Virus record (IMG/VR): IMGVR_UViG_3300032318_001070
Location: 1 to 24,592 of that record
Origin: a virus
Taxonomy: Duplodnaviria; Caudoviricetes
Strand: one strand, 5' to 3'
DNA: 24,592 nt
Positions 14,053 through 24,591 of the stretch are shown here, in pieces. The notes beneath the pieces are model-generated. The model was not told the origin of the DNA, ran no database searches, and was given only the letters and a program-made list of their open reading frames with translations. How positions within the stretch are numbered: the first letter of the stretch is position 1; every line of letters starts with the position of its first letter. The position numbers and the translations under genes are program-made.

Positions 14053-14995
14053 TTGGTTTGATGTTTAATCTAATAGATTCCTTACCGACAACCTTCGGTA
14101 CAAAACCTAATAGTTTTTCTACTTGTTCAGAGTCAACTGTCTCACGACCTTTAACTGTTGTCCAACTGATTTGAATACCACTAGCAGTAACGCCAGTAGT
14201 TCCCTCGAAGGATGACTTCAAGGAATCTTTTTCTTTCTCTAGCTCTTTAATCTTCTCATCTAATTGCAGATATTTCAATGCGTGAGTGTCAACTTCTGCG
14301 TCCTCAATCACGACTTCACTAAGGACGATACGTTCTTTTATTATGCCTACGCAACCCATCTCACCGGATGCGTCGTAGTACTGGCAATAGTTCTTGCAAA
14401 ATGAAGCATCCTTTTCAGGTGCTGGTGCCTCTGGCAAAGCCTTTACATTAGCCAACCACTGCAACGCTTCTAGCGCTGAGACTTCATCGTATGGTTCAGA
14501 GTGGACTTTAATATCCTTCTCATCACCATCGCGTGCAATCGCTACTAGGTTAACTGTCTTAACGTCATAGCCATTCTTAGATAGCAAGTAACCATACACC
14601 TGTACCTGCCAGCGCTGTTGCGCTGACGGGAAGTATGAAAGGTTCTTTACCTTGCTTGTCTTCCAGTCAATGACCGCACCGATACCCGGTACGAATAAGT
14701 CAACGTGTGCTTTCATATCACCATATGCAACTTCAGTTTCGACTAGGTAATCCTTACCTTCGGGATCCAATGTAGTGATTGCATCTTCGATAGCAGCGTG
14801 AATTGCAGTACCCATAATTGCAGCCAGCTTTGACTGATTCTCATTAGTATCTGGCTGTGCATTAAGGCGGTACCAAACCTTACGACGGCAGCCACCGATC
14901 TCTGATGGGCCAACCTGTGTTTGCTTACTGCGATCACGACCTGCATCTTTAGAGTGCAGTACGTGCAGTAACAGTTCCTTTGGATCAGTAATCAC
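14039..14995 (-). CDS. Cas4/RecB-like PD-(D/E)XK exonuclease
   Basis: GPSEIGGCRRK, GTAIH, HVD...IDWKT, QVQVY and C-terminal C..YC...C Fe-S-type Cys. Confidence 0.87.
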   Translation of the reverse strand: MITDPKELLLHVLHSKDAGRDRSKQTQVGPSEIGGCRRKVWYRLNAQPDTNENQSKLAAIMGTAIHAAIEDAITTLDPEGKDYLVETEVAYGDMKAHVDLFVPGIGAVIDWKTSKVKNLSYFPSAQQRWQVQVYGYLLSKNGYDVKTVNLVAIARDGDEKDIKVHSEPYDEVSALEALQWLANVKALPEAPAPEKDASFCKNYCQYYDASGEMGCVGIIKERIVLSEVVIEDAEVDTHALKYLQLDEKIKELEKEKDSLKSSFEGTTGVTASGIQISWTTVKGRETVDSEQVEKLLGFVPKVVGKESIRLNIKPNGGK

Positions 14996-15219
14996 GCAAG
15001 TTCCTTTGCAATAGCTTTAGCAGTTTTGCAAGGGTATCTATCCCCTACCACTCCGTGTTGACAGCAAGAGCAAACTAATACGGGTTCATCGTTAAATAGA
15101 AACTCCATTGGCTTATGCACTTCTAGCACTGCACGTAGTGCAGCATATGGAGTCTCTGGAGTTCTGCTCTCTCTGTAATTCTTGCTTGCTATATCTGCTA
15201 GTAGTTCTTCGTATGTCAT
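14992..15219 (-). CDS. Hypothetical actinophage-type protein (H.P...CxxC...YPCxT)
   Basis: ALRAVLEVHKP...CSCC...YPCKT. Confidence 0.7.
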   Translation of the reverse strand: MTYEELLADIASKNYRESRTPETPYAALRAVLEVHKPMEFLFNDEPVLVCSCCQHGVVGDRYPCKTAKAIAKELA

Positions 15220-15302
15220 CGTTCATCCCTCTTTGTTAAGTAATAGTCAAGAGCATACGCCCCGACGAAACCAATTAGCAAACCGAATAAAAACTTAATC
15301 AT
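15216..15302 (-). CDS. Tiny membrane peptide (not in ORF track)
   Basis: MIKFLFGLLIGFVGAYALDYYLTKRDER. Coupled by TAATG and ATGA. Confidence 0.6.
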   Translation of the reverse strand: MIKFLFGLLIGFVGAYALDYYLTKRDER

Positions 15303-15859
15303 TATTCCCACCCTTCCTGTTGAGTAACTAATTGAATCGGTGGACAGGTATTGATGTCAAGAACCGACGCGATCTTTACTGCTCTTTCTGCCACAACCTT
15401 TGCCATTAGCAGGCTCTTATACGATCTTGGTTTCAAAGAATAAAGATAACCGAGTGCATAAGGACCGCCACTTCCGGCGGTGAATAGACCGTGCTCACTT
15501 GCGTTAAACGATAAGTCTTGGCCTATCGAGAAGAGCATAGAATCAAAAGCGATTAGATAGCAGAAGCTCGCTTCCTTATCCATCTCATACCCATTGTCCT
15601 TGAAGGCTTGCTGGATACTTGGGATTATCTTCTTACCCATCCACTCAACAGGGTTAGATCCTTTGTAGACCGGAGGCTTCCAGTTATAAGTGAGGATGTC
15701 GCCAGGGCGTGAGTCGCCAGTAACGCCGAGAATGTACTTTCCGACGTGAATAATTTTCGGAGTCTGTGTGCTGATAACGCGTTGATCGTTATCGGTTATC
15801 TGCGAATCAGCAGCAAGTACTACGAAGTCAGGTCCTTGGATTCCTACCAGAGTTGTCAT
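15302..15859 (-). CDS. Ntn-hydrolase protease (HslV / proteasome beta-type)
   Basis: N-terminal MTT, AADSQIT, PKI, GVTG, AGSGGPYALG and D..T motifs. Confidence 0.85.
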   Translation of the reverse strand: MTTLVGIQGPDFVVLAADSQITDNDQRVISTQTPKIIHVGKYILGVTGDSRPGDILTYNWKPPVYKGSNPVEWMGKKIIPSIQQAFKDNGYEMDKEASFCYLIAFDSMLFSIGQDLSFNASEHGLFTAGSGGPYALGYLYSLKPRSYKSLLMAKVVAERAVKIASVLDINTCPPIQLVTQQEGWE

Positions 15860-15865
15860 TAGCGG

Positions 15866-15917
15866 ATCCTATCACGGCGTGTCGCAAGACACATATTTGG
15901 CAGGCTCTGATTATAAT
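15866..15917. promoter_or_regulatory. Divergent promoter pair with a GACAC palindrome
   Basis: On -, TGn-TAGGAT (15871-15866) lies 6 nt before ATG 15859 (leaderless). On +, TATAAT is at 15912-15917. GTGTC-GCAA-GACAC lies between them at 15879-15892. Confidence 0.6.
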
Positions 15918-15978
15918 ATGAGCCGTAGGCGAATAACAGTGCGGCCCTTAGAGGGCCGACCCACAGGGAGGTCCGAAT

Positions 15979-16227
15979 ATGCGGCTCCGTCTACCAACCC
16001 TGCGCTTATTCAAGCGCACAGATACCCTGCCAGAAGCCTTTGGAAGCGATCTGCGGGGTTTTGGGCCTACTCACGTATGTCCTTGTGGCTCACAGGTATT
16101 TAGCGTTATGGCTGCCTTTAATGACTACGAGCTAGTCTGGTATTTCCTTGACGCTACCTGCGTCAGTTGCGGTAATTTGATCCGCGTTCCTTGTCCGGTG
16201 GACAAAGATGAATCACAAACTATCTGA
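15979..16227 (+). CDS. Small Zn-ribbon protein
   Basis: GGGAGG RBS, CPCGS...CVSCG...PCP. Confidence 0.7.
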   Translation: MRLRLPTLRLFKRTDTLPEAFGSDLRGFGPTHVCPCGSQVFSVMAAFNDYELVWYFLDATCVSCGNLIRVPCPVDKDESQTI

Positions 16228-16585
16228 GGTAGATCCTGATACTCGCAGAGCAATCTGCTCGGTTTGTGGTCCAACCAAAATAAAAACTAGAGATAAGACC
16301 AACGCAACTCTTGCTGGTCAATACCGTTGCAAGACTGTCTATAAAAGAAACATCCAGAAGAGCCAGTACCCATACACCCTGCATAAGAAGGATACCTGTC
16401 AGCACTGCGGGTTTGTTCCTGAACATAGCAGTCAGCTCGACGTAGACCACATAGACGGTGATCGTTGGAACAACGAACCTGCTAACTTGCAAACTCTCTG
16501 TGCTAACTGCCATAGGCTTAAAACTATGCAGAATGAAGACTGGTCGGAAAACAAAAAAGAACCCCCCGCCCAGGATTTCTCCTGA
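16208..16585 (+). CDS. HNH endonuclease
   Basis: CQHCG...LDVDHIDGDRWNNEPANLQTLCANCHRLKT. Confidence 0.9.
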   Translation: MNHKLSEVDPDTRRAICSVCGPTKIKTRDKTNATLAGQYRCKTVYKRNIQKSQYPYTLHKKDTCQHCGFVPEHSSQLDVDHIDGDRWNNEPANLQTLCANCHRLKTMQNEDWSENKKEPPAQDFS

Positions 16586-16593
16586 GCAGGGGG
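16553..16593 (-). terminator. Intrinsic terminator of the late/lysis operon
   Basis: Minus strand CCCCCTGCTCAGGA-GAAA-TCCTGGGCGGGGG followed by GTTCTTTTTT, just after the holin. Confidence 0.8.
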
Positions 16594-16618
16594 CATTTGC
16601 CTCGCGCTTATGGGCTAA

Positions 16619-16810
16619 TTACTTAGCACCACGTCCAAACTCTGTTGCCTTTGGATCCATTACCTTTAGCAATGGACCTGCAATAGCAGCAATTCCTGCT
16701 GTTGCTAAAGCCTTTGGATCTGTAACTCCTGCAAGCCATAGCGCAATTACTGACGCTATACCAGCACGAAGATACGTTGATGCGACTGCAATCAATTTCT
16801 CTTTATTCAT
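16619..16810 (-). CDS. Holin
   Basis: 63 aa with two hydrophobic segments and a D....FG tail. Follows the endolysin. Confidence 0.75.
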   Translation of the reverse strand: MNKEKLIAVASTYLRAGIASVIALWLAGVTDPKALATAGIAAIAGPLLKVMDPKATEFGRGAK

Positions 16811-17262
16811 TTTATCTCCTTCTTTTTAGGTAAAGGTTTAGGTAGTTTAGCCTTTACTTTATTTATGGCCTTTGGTTGGGGTAACCAAGGGAACCAAGGT
16901 TTTGTATCTTCTCCACAAGTCTCCTTTATGGAGATGTGAAGATGATGTGGGTGCTTATTAGGACCGGTGTAATCGTGGTTACCCTTGTCCTTTGACCAGA
17001 TCTTGCCATTAAATATTAAGTACTTGACGCGGGGATCTTTCTGTAATTCTACGTAAGCAACGGTGCAGTCAACACCATTGACAGGATCGTGCGTTATGTC
17101 TACCGCATATCCTGAGTTGTGGTCAGAATTTGGGTTCTGCTTTACGTGTGCTGCCGATGGCAGTAGGCCATCACTTGCCTTCTTGCGCTTAGGAAAGTGC
17201 GCTGTTGCTTGGCGTAATACTGCAATAGCTGCAGGTGTTGCTCTCTTTGCTAAGGCAATCAT
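16807..17262 (-). CDS. Endolysin (Zn metallopeptidase, M15-like)
   Basis: SDH..GYAVDI...YLIFNGKIWS...YTGPNKH..HLHIS (H-x6-D...HxH). Confidence 0.8.
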   Translation of the reverse strand: MIALAKRATPAAIAVLRQATAHFPKRKKASDGLLPSAAHVKQNPNSDHNSGYAVDITHDPVNGVDCTVAYVELQKDPRVKYLIFNGKIWSKDKGNHDYTGPNKHPHHLHISIKETCGEDTKPWFPWLPQPKAINKVKAKLPKPLPKKKEIK

Positions 17263-17456
17263 TGCTTCTCCGCTATCAGTTTGTATAGATCGTCAATGCG
17301 ATCCTCAAGTCTTTTTACGGAATCCTTTATCGAGCTGCCACCATTGGGTTTAAGTTCGTTTAGATAGTGCTTGACCATCCATCGAACAGCAGCAGCGAAT
17401 CCGCCAACTATTGTCATTACTGCAACTGTTAGCGTTGCATAGTCTGAGGCTTGCAT
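17259..17456 (-). CDS. Small membrane protein of the lysis cassette
   Basis: N-terminal TM segment, ELKPNGGSSIKD, then a coiled coil. Confidence 0.75.
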   Translation of the reverse strand: MQASDYATLTVAVMTIVGGFAAAVRWMVKHYLNELKPNGGSSIKDSVKRLEDRIDDLYKLIAEKQ

Positions 17457-19369
17457 TAGACCGTCCTTATTGTGATTAGAAGTGTTCCGCCAAAGCCAGA
17501 GAACCGTTTATCCTCTGGGGTCTTGTTGATAAAATCCATCTCTTCGATTAAGCCGATATACGATTCACCGGTTCTAAAGTCCTGAACTCTGATGGTATCT
17601 CCAGCGTTTTCAATAGTTTCAAGTTGAGACATACGGGCATAGGCAGATCCTTCATAGCCTACTTCGTTGGCGAACTTGTCGCTCTCGTGGTCATAGCAGA
17701 ATACTGGGTATTGGATCAGGCGCTGACGTGGAACTGCTGGCAAGGACTTCAACTGGTAGCCAGTAAATAGTGGACCATTAGCAGCATTGGTTGCTGATCG
17801 AGTCATAGTAAACTTAAAACCAAGATACTCTTGTGCAGTAGTTGGATAGTTTATGTTGATCTCAGGAACAGGTTCTCCTTGTGAGAATGTACCAATATCA
17901 AACTCAGTATCTTGTGAGTTGATAGATTTAATATTAAGACCGCCATTGGTTGTATCAATGCGAGCTTGTAGCAGTTTATAGATCTTAGTCTCAAGTGTGT
18001 TGTAGCGGATATAACCGGTACGCAAGTAACCGCTTGCCACTAGGCTAGTTGTAGATTCAGCCCAGATATTATTGCCTGTAGCAAATGCTAATCGGTCTGA
18101 GTTACCAAAGAAAGCAACCTGTGATGCAGTAACAGTAGTACCAGCAGCAACTAGATCCCAAGCCCAAGGAAAATACAGAGCGCTAGCGATAACGGTTGTG
18201 GATAGATCGGTACGAACTAACCCTGCCGCTCCATCTACAAGAGTTGCAATGTAGGCATAACTATCCTTGAAAGCAATAGCGGTACAGGCTGCATCTCTAA
18301 AGAGAAGCGGTCCATACTGGACATCTCCAGTGGTATCTGACACGCCGACTCTAAATCCTGCGCTGGTTGCAAGTATTGCATATGTGCCAAGGTAAACATC
18401 AAAGTCATTGATGCGCTCACCGCTTGGCATATCAATAATTACAGTAGGTGTAAGAAGTGTTGGAAAGCCTAAAGCGTTGGCAGTTCCTTCATTAAGGCCG
18501 ATCTTAAATACAGATGATGAAGTTCCATTTGGATCATAACCTGATACGTAGATGGCCTGTGGTCCTTCAGAGATACTTGACCATACCCAGTTAGCGTTAG
18601 GATGGGTATAAAGAGCAGTAGGCAGAGCAGCAGAAGCAGTAGCATTAGCGTTTAGTTCGTATAAAATATTTCCTTTAGCCAAGATAAGACGTTGCTTGAC
18701 ATAGCGGATGGTCGCTCTAGTAGTTGATGGAGTATCGTAGATCTCAGAGTCGGCAGGTGTTGCGCCCACTGAACCCTTGTGTACCTTGGTTCCATTGATG
18801 AAGTAATAGTTTGATCCATCAGTTGTAAGACTGTAGATAGTTGAAGCTGTGCCTGCTTGAGAAATAGTCGTTGGTGAACCTGCAGATGTTGCTTGTTTCT
18901 TTAAAGCAGTTCCATCTGTAAAAATAATGCAGTCATTGGTGCCATCATTAACACCAATTAACTGAGCAGGTGCTGAACCTGAATAGAAACTGGCTGTGTC
19001 ATTAAGCAGAGTTGCTTGGCCTCTAGTCCAGACGTCTATACCTTTAGATTCTGTGTATTGAAAGCGCAGAGACTCTTCTTGGATAGGCTCAAAATACTTA
19101 ATCCCCGCTCCTAGGTGGAACGAGGATTGAGATCTAACCCACCAACCGGTGAGTGTTTGCTCACCAGGTTCTCGTGTCTGGTCAATCTGTTGCTTGCGGT
19201 ATTGTGCTGTTACTCGACGATACGGTTGTTCATCGGATGCAGCAAGAAAGAACGGGAGCGCAGCAAAGGCTACGTCGTATGCAGGTCCTGTTGGAGTATA
19301 GGTTGTAGATCCTGCAGGGTTGGAAAGTACGTAAGGAATACCTTCGGTTATATCATCGCCATAGGGCAT
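17456..19369 (-). CDS. Tail protein (beta-propeller-like nozzle / tail tubular B-like)
   Basis: 637 aa, beta-rich, W..SSFHLGAG motif, located at the end of the structural block. Confidence 0.6.
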   Translation of the reverse strand: MPYGDDITEGIPYVLSNPAGSTTYTPTGPAYDVAFAALPFFLAASDEQPYRRVTAQYRKQQIDQTREPGEQTLTGWWVRSQSSFHLGAGIKYFEPIQEESLRFQYTESKGIDVWTRGQATLLNDTASFYSGSAPAQLIGVNDGTNDCIIFTDGTALKKQATSAGSPTTISQAGTASTIYSLTTDGSNYYFINGTKVHKGSVGATPADSEIYDTPSTTRATIRYVKQRLILAKGNILYELNANATASAALPTALYTHPNANWVWSSISEGPQAIYVSGYDPNGTSSSVFKIGLNEGTANALGFPTLLTPTVIIDMPSGERINDFDVYLGTYAILATSAGFRVGVSDTTGDVQYGPLLFRDAACTAIAFKDSYAYIATLVDGAAGLVRTDLSTTVIASALYFPWAWDLVAAGTTVTASQVAFFGNSDRLAFATGNNIWAESTTSLVASGYLRTGYIRYNTLETKIYKLLQARIDTTNGGLNIKSINSQDTEFDIGTFSQGEPVPEININYPTTAQEYLGFKFTMTRSATNAANGPLFTGYQLKSLPAVPRQRLIQYPVFCYDHESDKFANEVGYEGSAYARMSQLETIENAGDTIRVQDFRTGESYIGLIEEMDFINKTPEDKRFSGFGGTLLITIRTV

Positions 19370-19379
19370 TACTTACTCC

Positions 19380-19463
19380 TTAGTATATTTGTAATTCGTT
19401 TTCATCTATTGCGTTATCAATATCTCGTGCTAACGGAATTAAATCAATTAACAAACTATCCAT
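19380..19463 (-). CDS. Tiny acidic peptide (not in ORF track)
   Basis: MDSLLIDLIPLARDIDNAIDENELQIY fills the gap between the two flanking genes. No clear RBS. Confidence 0.4.
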   Translation of the reverse strand: MDSLLIDLIPLARDIDNAIDENELQIY

Positions 19464-19465
19464 TT

Positions 19466-20287
19466 TTAATATGCGTAAATATAAACAACGCCGCTAGTGC
19501 CAGCAGTGCCAGCACCACCTAAACCAATGGCACTTGCTAATGGGGATGATGTTCTAGATGCTTTACCGCCGCCACCACCACCAGCGCCACCGTTACCATA
19601 ACTACTAGGAGTGCCATATGCACTATAACCAGCAGTTGCAGCCGCTGTTGATAAGGTAATACTTGCGTCGCCACCCCGACCAGATGTTAAACCACCACTT
19701 GATGCAGGAGCTCCACCACTAAAACCATTAGCACCTGAACCTTCTACATTAGCGCCGCTGGCACCGCCTGGACCAGCAGTTCCTGTAGTAACTGTTATAT
19801 TACCTAAGCCTTTAAGATTAAGCGTTAAAGTTGATCCTGCTGCTCCAGCAGTTCCGTTAAGTCCAAATGAATTGTAAACACTAGCACCGCCAGCACCTCC
19901 TGTTACTCCAGTCGCTGAAATATAACCAGGCACAGATGAAGTGCCATTAACAAAATTTGTTCCATTACCATAACCAGAATCAGCTAAAGTACCAAAGGTT
20001 GAAGATTTCTGTCCAGTGTTTGAATTTCCAATATCTATAGAGTATGAAGTGCCAGGGGTAACGTAATAATCCTTAAATGCAACTCCTGGCGCACCAGCGC
20101 CACCAAAACCACCACCGCCACCACTATCTCCAGCAGATCCATTTTGTCCATTTCCTCCAGCGCCAACAAGAAATACAGCAATTTTGTTTATGTTTGTTGG
20201 TACAGTCCAAGTGGTATCGCTAGTAATTGTTGCTATTAAAGAGTATGATTTACCACTGGATGCTAAAATACCTAAAGTAGGAAACAT
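19466..20287 (-). CDS. Glycine-rich tail-fibre-associated / receptor-binding protein
   Basis: N-terminal LGILASS, TWTVP...VFLVGAGG, GGGGG tracts and a G.SGVVYI end. Confidence 0.7.
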   Translation of the reverse strand: MFPTLGILASSGKSYSLIATITSDTTWTVPTNINKIAVFLVGAGGNGQNGSAGDSGGGGGFGGAGAPGVAFKDYYVTPGTSYSIDIGNSNTGQKSSTFGTLADSGYGNGTNFVNGTSSVPGYISATGVTGGAGGASVYNSFGLNGTAGAAGSTLTLNLKGLGNITVTTGTAGPGGASGANVEGSGANGFSGGAPASSGGLTSGRGGDASITLSTAAATAGYSAYGTPSSYGNGGAGGGGGGKASRTSSPLASAIGLGGAGTAGTSGVVYIYAY

Positions 20288-21132
20288 TAACTTATATCAC
20301 CCACAACTAACCAGTTATTTGCTGACAGTTTTATTGCGCTAGCAGCAGCGTTGACCGCACGAAGTTTTGGTGTAACGCCAGAGGTTGAGTTGATTGTTGT
20401 TGTTCCAGGAGTTACCGCGCCAATGGTTGGTTGACCGGCTCCTGTGAGCCATACAAAGTTAATAGTAGTACCGATTGCAAAGTTAAAAGTAGCATCGGTT
20501 GGGATTGAAAATTGTTGCGCTGTAGCATTGTTCATTGAGAACAAGTAGCCTTCATCACCGCTTGCAACCGTATAGGCGGCAGTCTTGGCTGAGTACCCAA
20601 TAGCAACCTTTGGCGTAGTTATAACGGGCGAGGTCAACGTCTTGTTTGTAAGTGTGTCAGCAGTTGCTCTACCTACCAAGGTATCGGTAGCAGCAGGCAG
20701 TGTCAGCGTTGTAGTGCCAGCGATTGCAGTTGCCTGCACTGTGGTAGTTCCAGATGTGGATCCGCTGAATACGAAGTTTGCTACAGGTGATGAACTATCA
20801 CGGAAGTAAATTAAGTCAGATGATGTTAGTACGTGTTTAATAGATGCACCGGCAGTATGTGCTATGCCAGATACTCCAGCAGTTCCTGTACCAGCCTGAC
20901 CTCGACTAATCGTTAAGGTGTCGCCAGATACGTTTGTTACGAAGACAATCTCTTCGTTGACCGTATCGGCATCAAGTGCGACTGTAAAAATATCTACGTT
21001 ACCACCGGCAAGTGTTACCCCACCCATTAGCGCCGTAGCAGTACCAGTTGCTACTGTGATAGTAGTAGCTGTTGTATTAACACCACTAGCAAGCGTTGTC
21101 TCAACGCTGATACTTGAATACTGTCTAGTCAT
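20287..21132 (-). CDS. Tail fibre / fibre-adaptor protein
   Basis: Thr-rich, with EEIV...LTISRG, TLTLPAATDTLVGRAT.DTLTNKTL and a C-terminal W...GD module. Confidence 0.75.
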   Translation of the reverse strand: MTRQYSSISVETTLASGVNTTATTITVATGTATALMGGVTLAGGNVDIFTVALDADTVNEEIVFVTNVSGDTLTISRGQAGTGTAGVSGIAHTAGASIKHVLTSSDLIYFRDSSSPVANFVFSGSTSGTTTVQATAIAGTTTLTLPAATDTLVGRATADTLTNKTLTSPVITTPKVAIGYSAKTAAYTVASGDEGYLFSMNNATAQQFSIPTDATFNFAIGTTINFVWLTGAGQPTIGAVTPGTTTINSTSGVTPKLRAVNAAASAIKLSANNWLVVGDIS

Positions 21133-21141
21133 TTATTTGCC

Positions 21142-22038
21142 TTACTTTGTGTAATGGATACGGATAGGGTATTTGTCTTGCAGTTTAAGTGCTTCTTCTT
21201 CAAGTCTTGCTTTGTATAAAGCGTAGATATAACGAGATGATGCCACACCTGCTGTGCTTGGAATCTTGGTATCGTTTAGGTCAGCCTCTGCTGAACTCAA
21301 GTTGATACGTCCAGCATCTACATATGAGAGCAACTTGTAGCAGGCTCCGAGGATTACTACTTCTACTGATGAAGCAGGAAGTCCTGTTACATCGGCGTAG
21401 TCATCTGTATTGCTATCTAAAGTGTTAGGTTCGGTTGTGTAGTAAACCTGTACCGTTCTGCCAGGTTGGATATTCTCATAAATATTGACTGTGTTCTGCG
21501 TGTTAAATGCTGCAACGTTTGCCATTGGGTCTGCACGCCAACGGTTGATAGGTAACCATTCAAGGCTTGAACCTGTTGTTTGCCAAGACATATAAAGGAT
21601 TGACTCTACATCGTCAGGTAATGGGTAAGTTGTTTGGCTTGCATTAAAGGTAAAGGTAGTAGAAGCAACAGACCAGAGTTTAGGATAGAGGCTATTGATA
21701 ACATCGTTGATAGCCTTCTTAATCATTACTCGCGGGAAGGTTGGAGAAAGAGTTATCTGTGCATACTGGCTGTGAGGCGCTGGTGAAGTACCTTGGTATC
21801 CTCGACCAAATCCTGGAGCTGCATTGAGTACACCGGTTGCTTGGCTAAAGTTATCAACCCAGATAAGTTCATCGTCAATTTCAATGATACCTTTGGCAAG
21901 GTTGTTAGATGATCCAATACTCATAGCGGTTGCTGTTGTATTGATAGCAGTTGTTAGGTATGTGATTCTGTCTTGACGCAGGGTATAGCCTGCTAGAGAT
22001 GAGCGAACCTCATCAACCATTTCATTTAGCGTTGGCAT
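21142..22038 (-). CDS. Tail adaptor / tail tubular A-like structural protein
   Basis: IEIDDELIWV..RGY.GT, AINDVI..LYP and TYPLP motifs, plus gene position. Confidence 0.6.
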   Translation of the reverse strand: MPTLNEMVDEVRSSLAGYTLRQDRITYLTTAINTTATAMSIGSSNNLAKGIIEIDDELIWVDNFSQATGVLNAAPGFGRGYQGTSPAPHSQYAQITLSPTFPRVMIKKAINDVINSLYPKLWSVASTTFTFNASQTTYPLPDDVESILYMSWQTTGSSLEWLPINRWRADPMANVAAFNTQNTVNIYENIQPGRTVQVYYTTEPNTLDSNTDDYADVTGLPASSVEVVILGACYKLLSYVDAGRINLSSAEADLNDTKIPSTAGVASSRYIYALYKARLEEEALKLQDKYPIRIHYTK

Positions 22039-23099
22039 TATTTCCTCTCATACCAGCCATCTCCCCATAGAGTTAGCAGTCTTGCAAAGTATTGTTCGTA
22101 TTGTGGCGCAATAGCATCTAATGAATACAACGCTACTGCTCTCTTATGTATTGCTACTGGGTCTAGATCCTTGACCCATTCTGTTGCTACTGCAAACTCC
22201 ATTGCATTTCTGCAACGGTATCCAGTTACTCCATTTGGGTTAGTCTCTGTGAAGGCTCCCCAGTCTGTAGTAATTGTCGGAGTACCGCAGGCTTGCGCCT
22301 CAATTACCACATTGCCAAACGGTTCGATATAAAGTGTTGGAGCAAATAGGGCAATAGCACCGCCCATTAATTTTGCTCGCTCTTCTGGTCCAACAGGTCC
22401 TACCCATTCACCATATTCAATCTTTGGGTTATTGCCCGGACCTGCCATAATCAACTTAACGCCTAGTTCTCTGCAGACGTGTTGGGCTACGATTAAACCT
22501 TTGCGATCTACCATACGTCCAACGTATAGGTAGTAATCTTCTTTCTTCTCTTGCAATGGAAACATCTCAGGCTCTAAGTAACCAGGTATCACCGCATCAT
22601 AGAAGTTACCATCTACCAGAGTTGGGTTTTTCCACCCTGCATACATTGAGTGCATCCAAGCGTAAGACTCAAAGACTTTGTACTGACTAAATACTCCGCC
22701 GTAACCAACACCAAACTCTACGCTCATATAGTCTGGGTAAGCATCTGCTATCGGCTTCTGTGAAGCGCCACCGATAAGACAGATAAAGTCTTTCTTCTGC
22801 AAGCGCTTACTTAGTTCGACTATGGCTTTACTGTTAAAGATCTGCCAGTGAGGTAATGTATTATCAAAGGCAGCTTCGGTGTAATGCTTACCGTCTAGCG
22901 CCTCATCCTGCTGTTCTTTAGTGATGCAGGTGATTAACTCATCAACCGGTGCTTCATTATCTTCACCAGCATAGAGGTAGACCGTATGGCCTAGGTTCTT
23001 CATCATTATACAAAAGCGTCTTACCTTTTCGGTATAGGCGCAGTTGACATAGGCTTTAGTAGTTTGGGTATGTGGCAGACTTATTACGTGGAATCTCAT
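22038..23099 (-). CDS. Glycosyltransferase family 4 (GT-B)
   Basis: YVGRMVDRKG and EPFGNVVIEAQACGTPTITTDWGA (E-x7-E motif). Confidence 0.92.
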   Translation of the reverse strand: MRFHVISLPHTQTTKAYVNCAYTEKVRRFCIMMKNLGHTVYLYAGEDNEAPVDELITCITKEQQDEALDGKHYTEAAFDNTLPHWQIFNSKAIVELSKRLQKKDFICLIGGASQKPIADAYPDYMSVEFGVGYGGVFSQYKVFESYAWMHSMYAGWKNPTLVDGNFYDAVIPGYLEPEMFPLQEKKEDYYLYVGRMVDRKGLIVAQHVCRELGVKLIMAGPGNNPKIEYGEWVGPVGPEERAKLMGGAIALFAPTLYIEPFGNVVIEAQACGTPTITTDWGAFTETNPNGVTGYRCRNAMEFAVATEWVKDLDPVAIHKRAVALYSLDAIAPQYEQYFARLLTLWGDGWYERK

Positions 23100-23108
23100 A
23101 GTCCGAGA

Positions 23109-24513
<1,405 letters not shown>

Positions 24514-24517
<4 letters not shown>

Positions 24518-24591
24518 GATGAGATACCTCTGAGAGCCTGTGCTGCAGGTAGTTGAAAAGTACTAGCGAGAGCGTTACATACGCCGTTATA
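24514..24591 (-). CDS. 3' end of an upstream structural-region ORF (partial)
   Basis: ...YNGVCNALASTFQLPAAQALRGISS*, GTGA-coupled to the next gene. Confidence 0.55.

Noticed and set aside
14039-14995. Cas4-like nuclease as a sign of CRISPR-Cas
   Set aside because: No array or other cas genes are present, and solo Cas4/RecB-like nucleases are common in phage replication modules.
9521-21154. Other short shadow ORFs (e.g. 9521, 12772, 14743, 15879, 16220, 16458, 17063, 18072, 18235, 19115, 20585, 20918)
   Set aside because: They overlap well-supported genes and have no motifs or RBS.
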